A stretch of DNA of 63,841 nucleotides, counting the filler, from Stramenopiles sp. TOSAG23-3 (taxonomy: Eukaryota): assembly GCA_900128585.1 (NCBI GenBank). It is 13 parts of 13 records of this genome, joined end to end, with 100 filler letters (N's around TTAATTAATTAA, not from the genome) between each part and the next. Parts side by side here need not be neighbours in the genome. Positions count along the whole stretch, not along the records: positions 62,764 to 63,841 come from LT646536.1; 12 more parts are not named here. One strand, given 5' to 3'. The stretch's first letter is position 1; each line of letters starts with the position of its first letter. The notes beneath the pieces are model-generated. The model did not search any database. It was not told the DNA's origin and saw only the letters and a list, made by a program, of their open reading frames with translations. Shown here one piece after another: positions 63,743 to 63,841 of this stretch. The translations under genes and the position numbers were made by a program.

Positions 63743-63841
63743 AAACGAACACATTTTATCCAATTCTGTGTCCTGTATTTTTCGGTACGTATACCGATTC
63801 GATTAATAAAGTTGTTGTTGTGCCAAGAACCCACCTCAAAT

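Noticed and set aside
1-63841. Non-standard genetic code, rRNA, tRNA or CRISPR arrays
   Set aside because: Conserved genes translate cleanly with the standard code and end in TAA, TAG or TGA; no such RNA genes or arrays recognised by eye.

Overview
The window is not one locus. It is 13 unrelated eukaryotic contigs joined by artificial 100-bp spacers (N44-TTAATTAATTAA-N44): nine of 6,497-6,468 bp, then four of 1,079-1,078 bp, sorted by size. The genome is gene-dense and intron-poor, with fairly GC-rich coding DNA and very AT-rich low-complexity intergenic DNA. Flagellar genes (CFAP43, a KIF12-like kinesin) and mitochondrion-presequenced enolase and pyruvate kinase suggest a flagellated stramenopile (inference). 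Inverted chimeric junctions suggest a single-cell amplified genome. Recognisable genes: RTEL1, enolase, pyruvate kinase (fragment), CFAP43, BRWD/PHIP-like, KIF12-like, ATG2 C-terminus, NEMP-like, DMXL/Rav1-like C-terminus, cytochrome b5 reductase-like, a carotenoid oxygenase and an alditol oxidase-like enzyme. Best leads: (1) a ~45-bp non-coding element (AAAACAAGAAAATTGGCTGTTATTT-AAGTAATTAAATTTA) found 7 times on 5 contigs, always just 3' of a stop codon, plus a second 3' element found twice; (2) an unannotated SYCP2/Red1-like meiotic axis protein; (3) a lipoyl-domain/KGD4(MRPS36) fusion; (4) a phage-tail-fibre-like 87-aa repeat protein; (5) proteins with repeated S/T-F-L-E/Q/D motifs like alveolate secretory processing sites; (6) an ankyrin-Rab fusion; (7) signal-peptide-bearing carotenoid oxygenase and alditol oxidase. 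All family calls rest on visual motif recognition; no database search was run. No rRNA, tRNA or CRISPR array was recognised.
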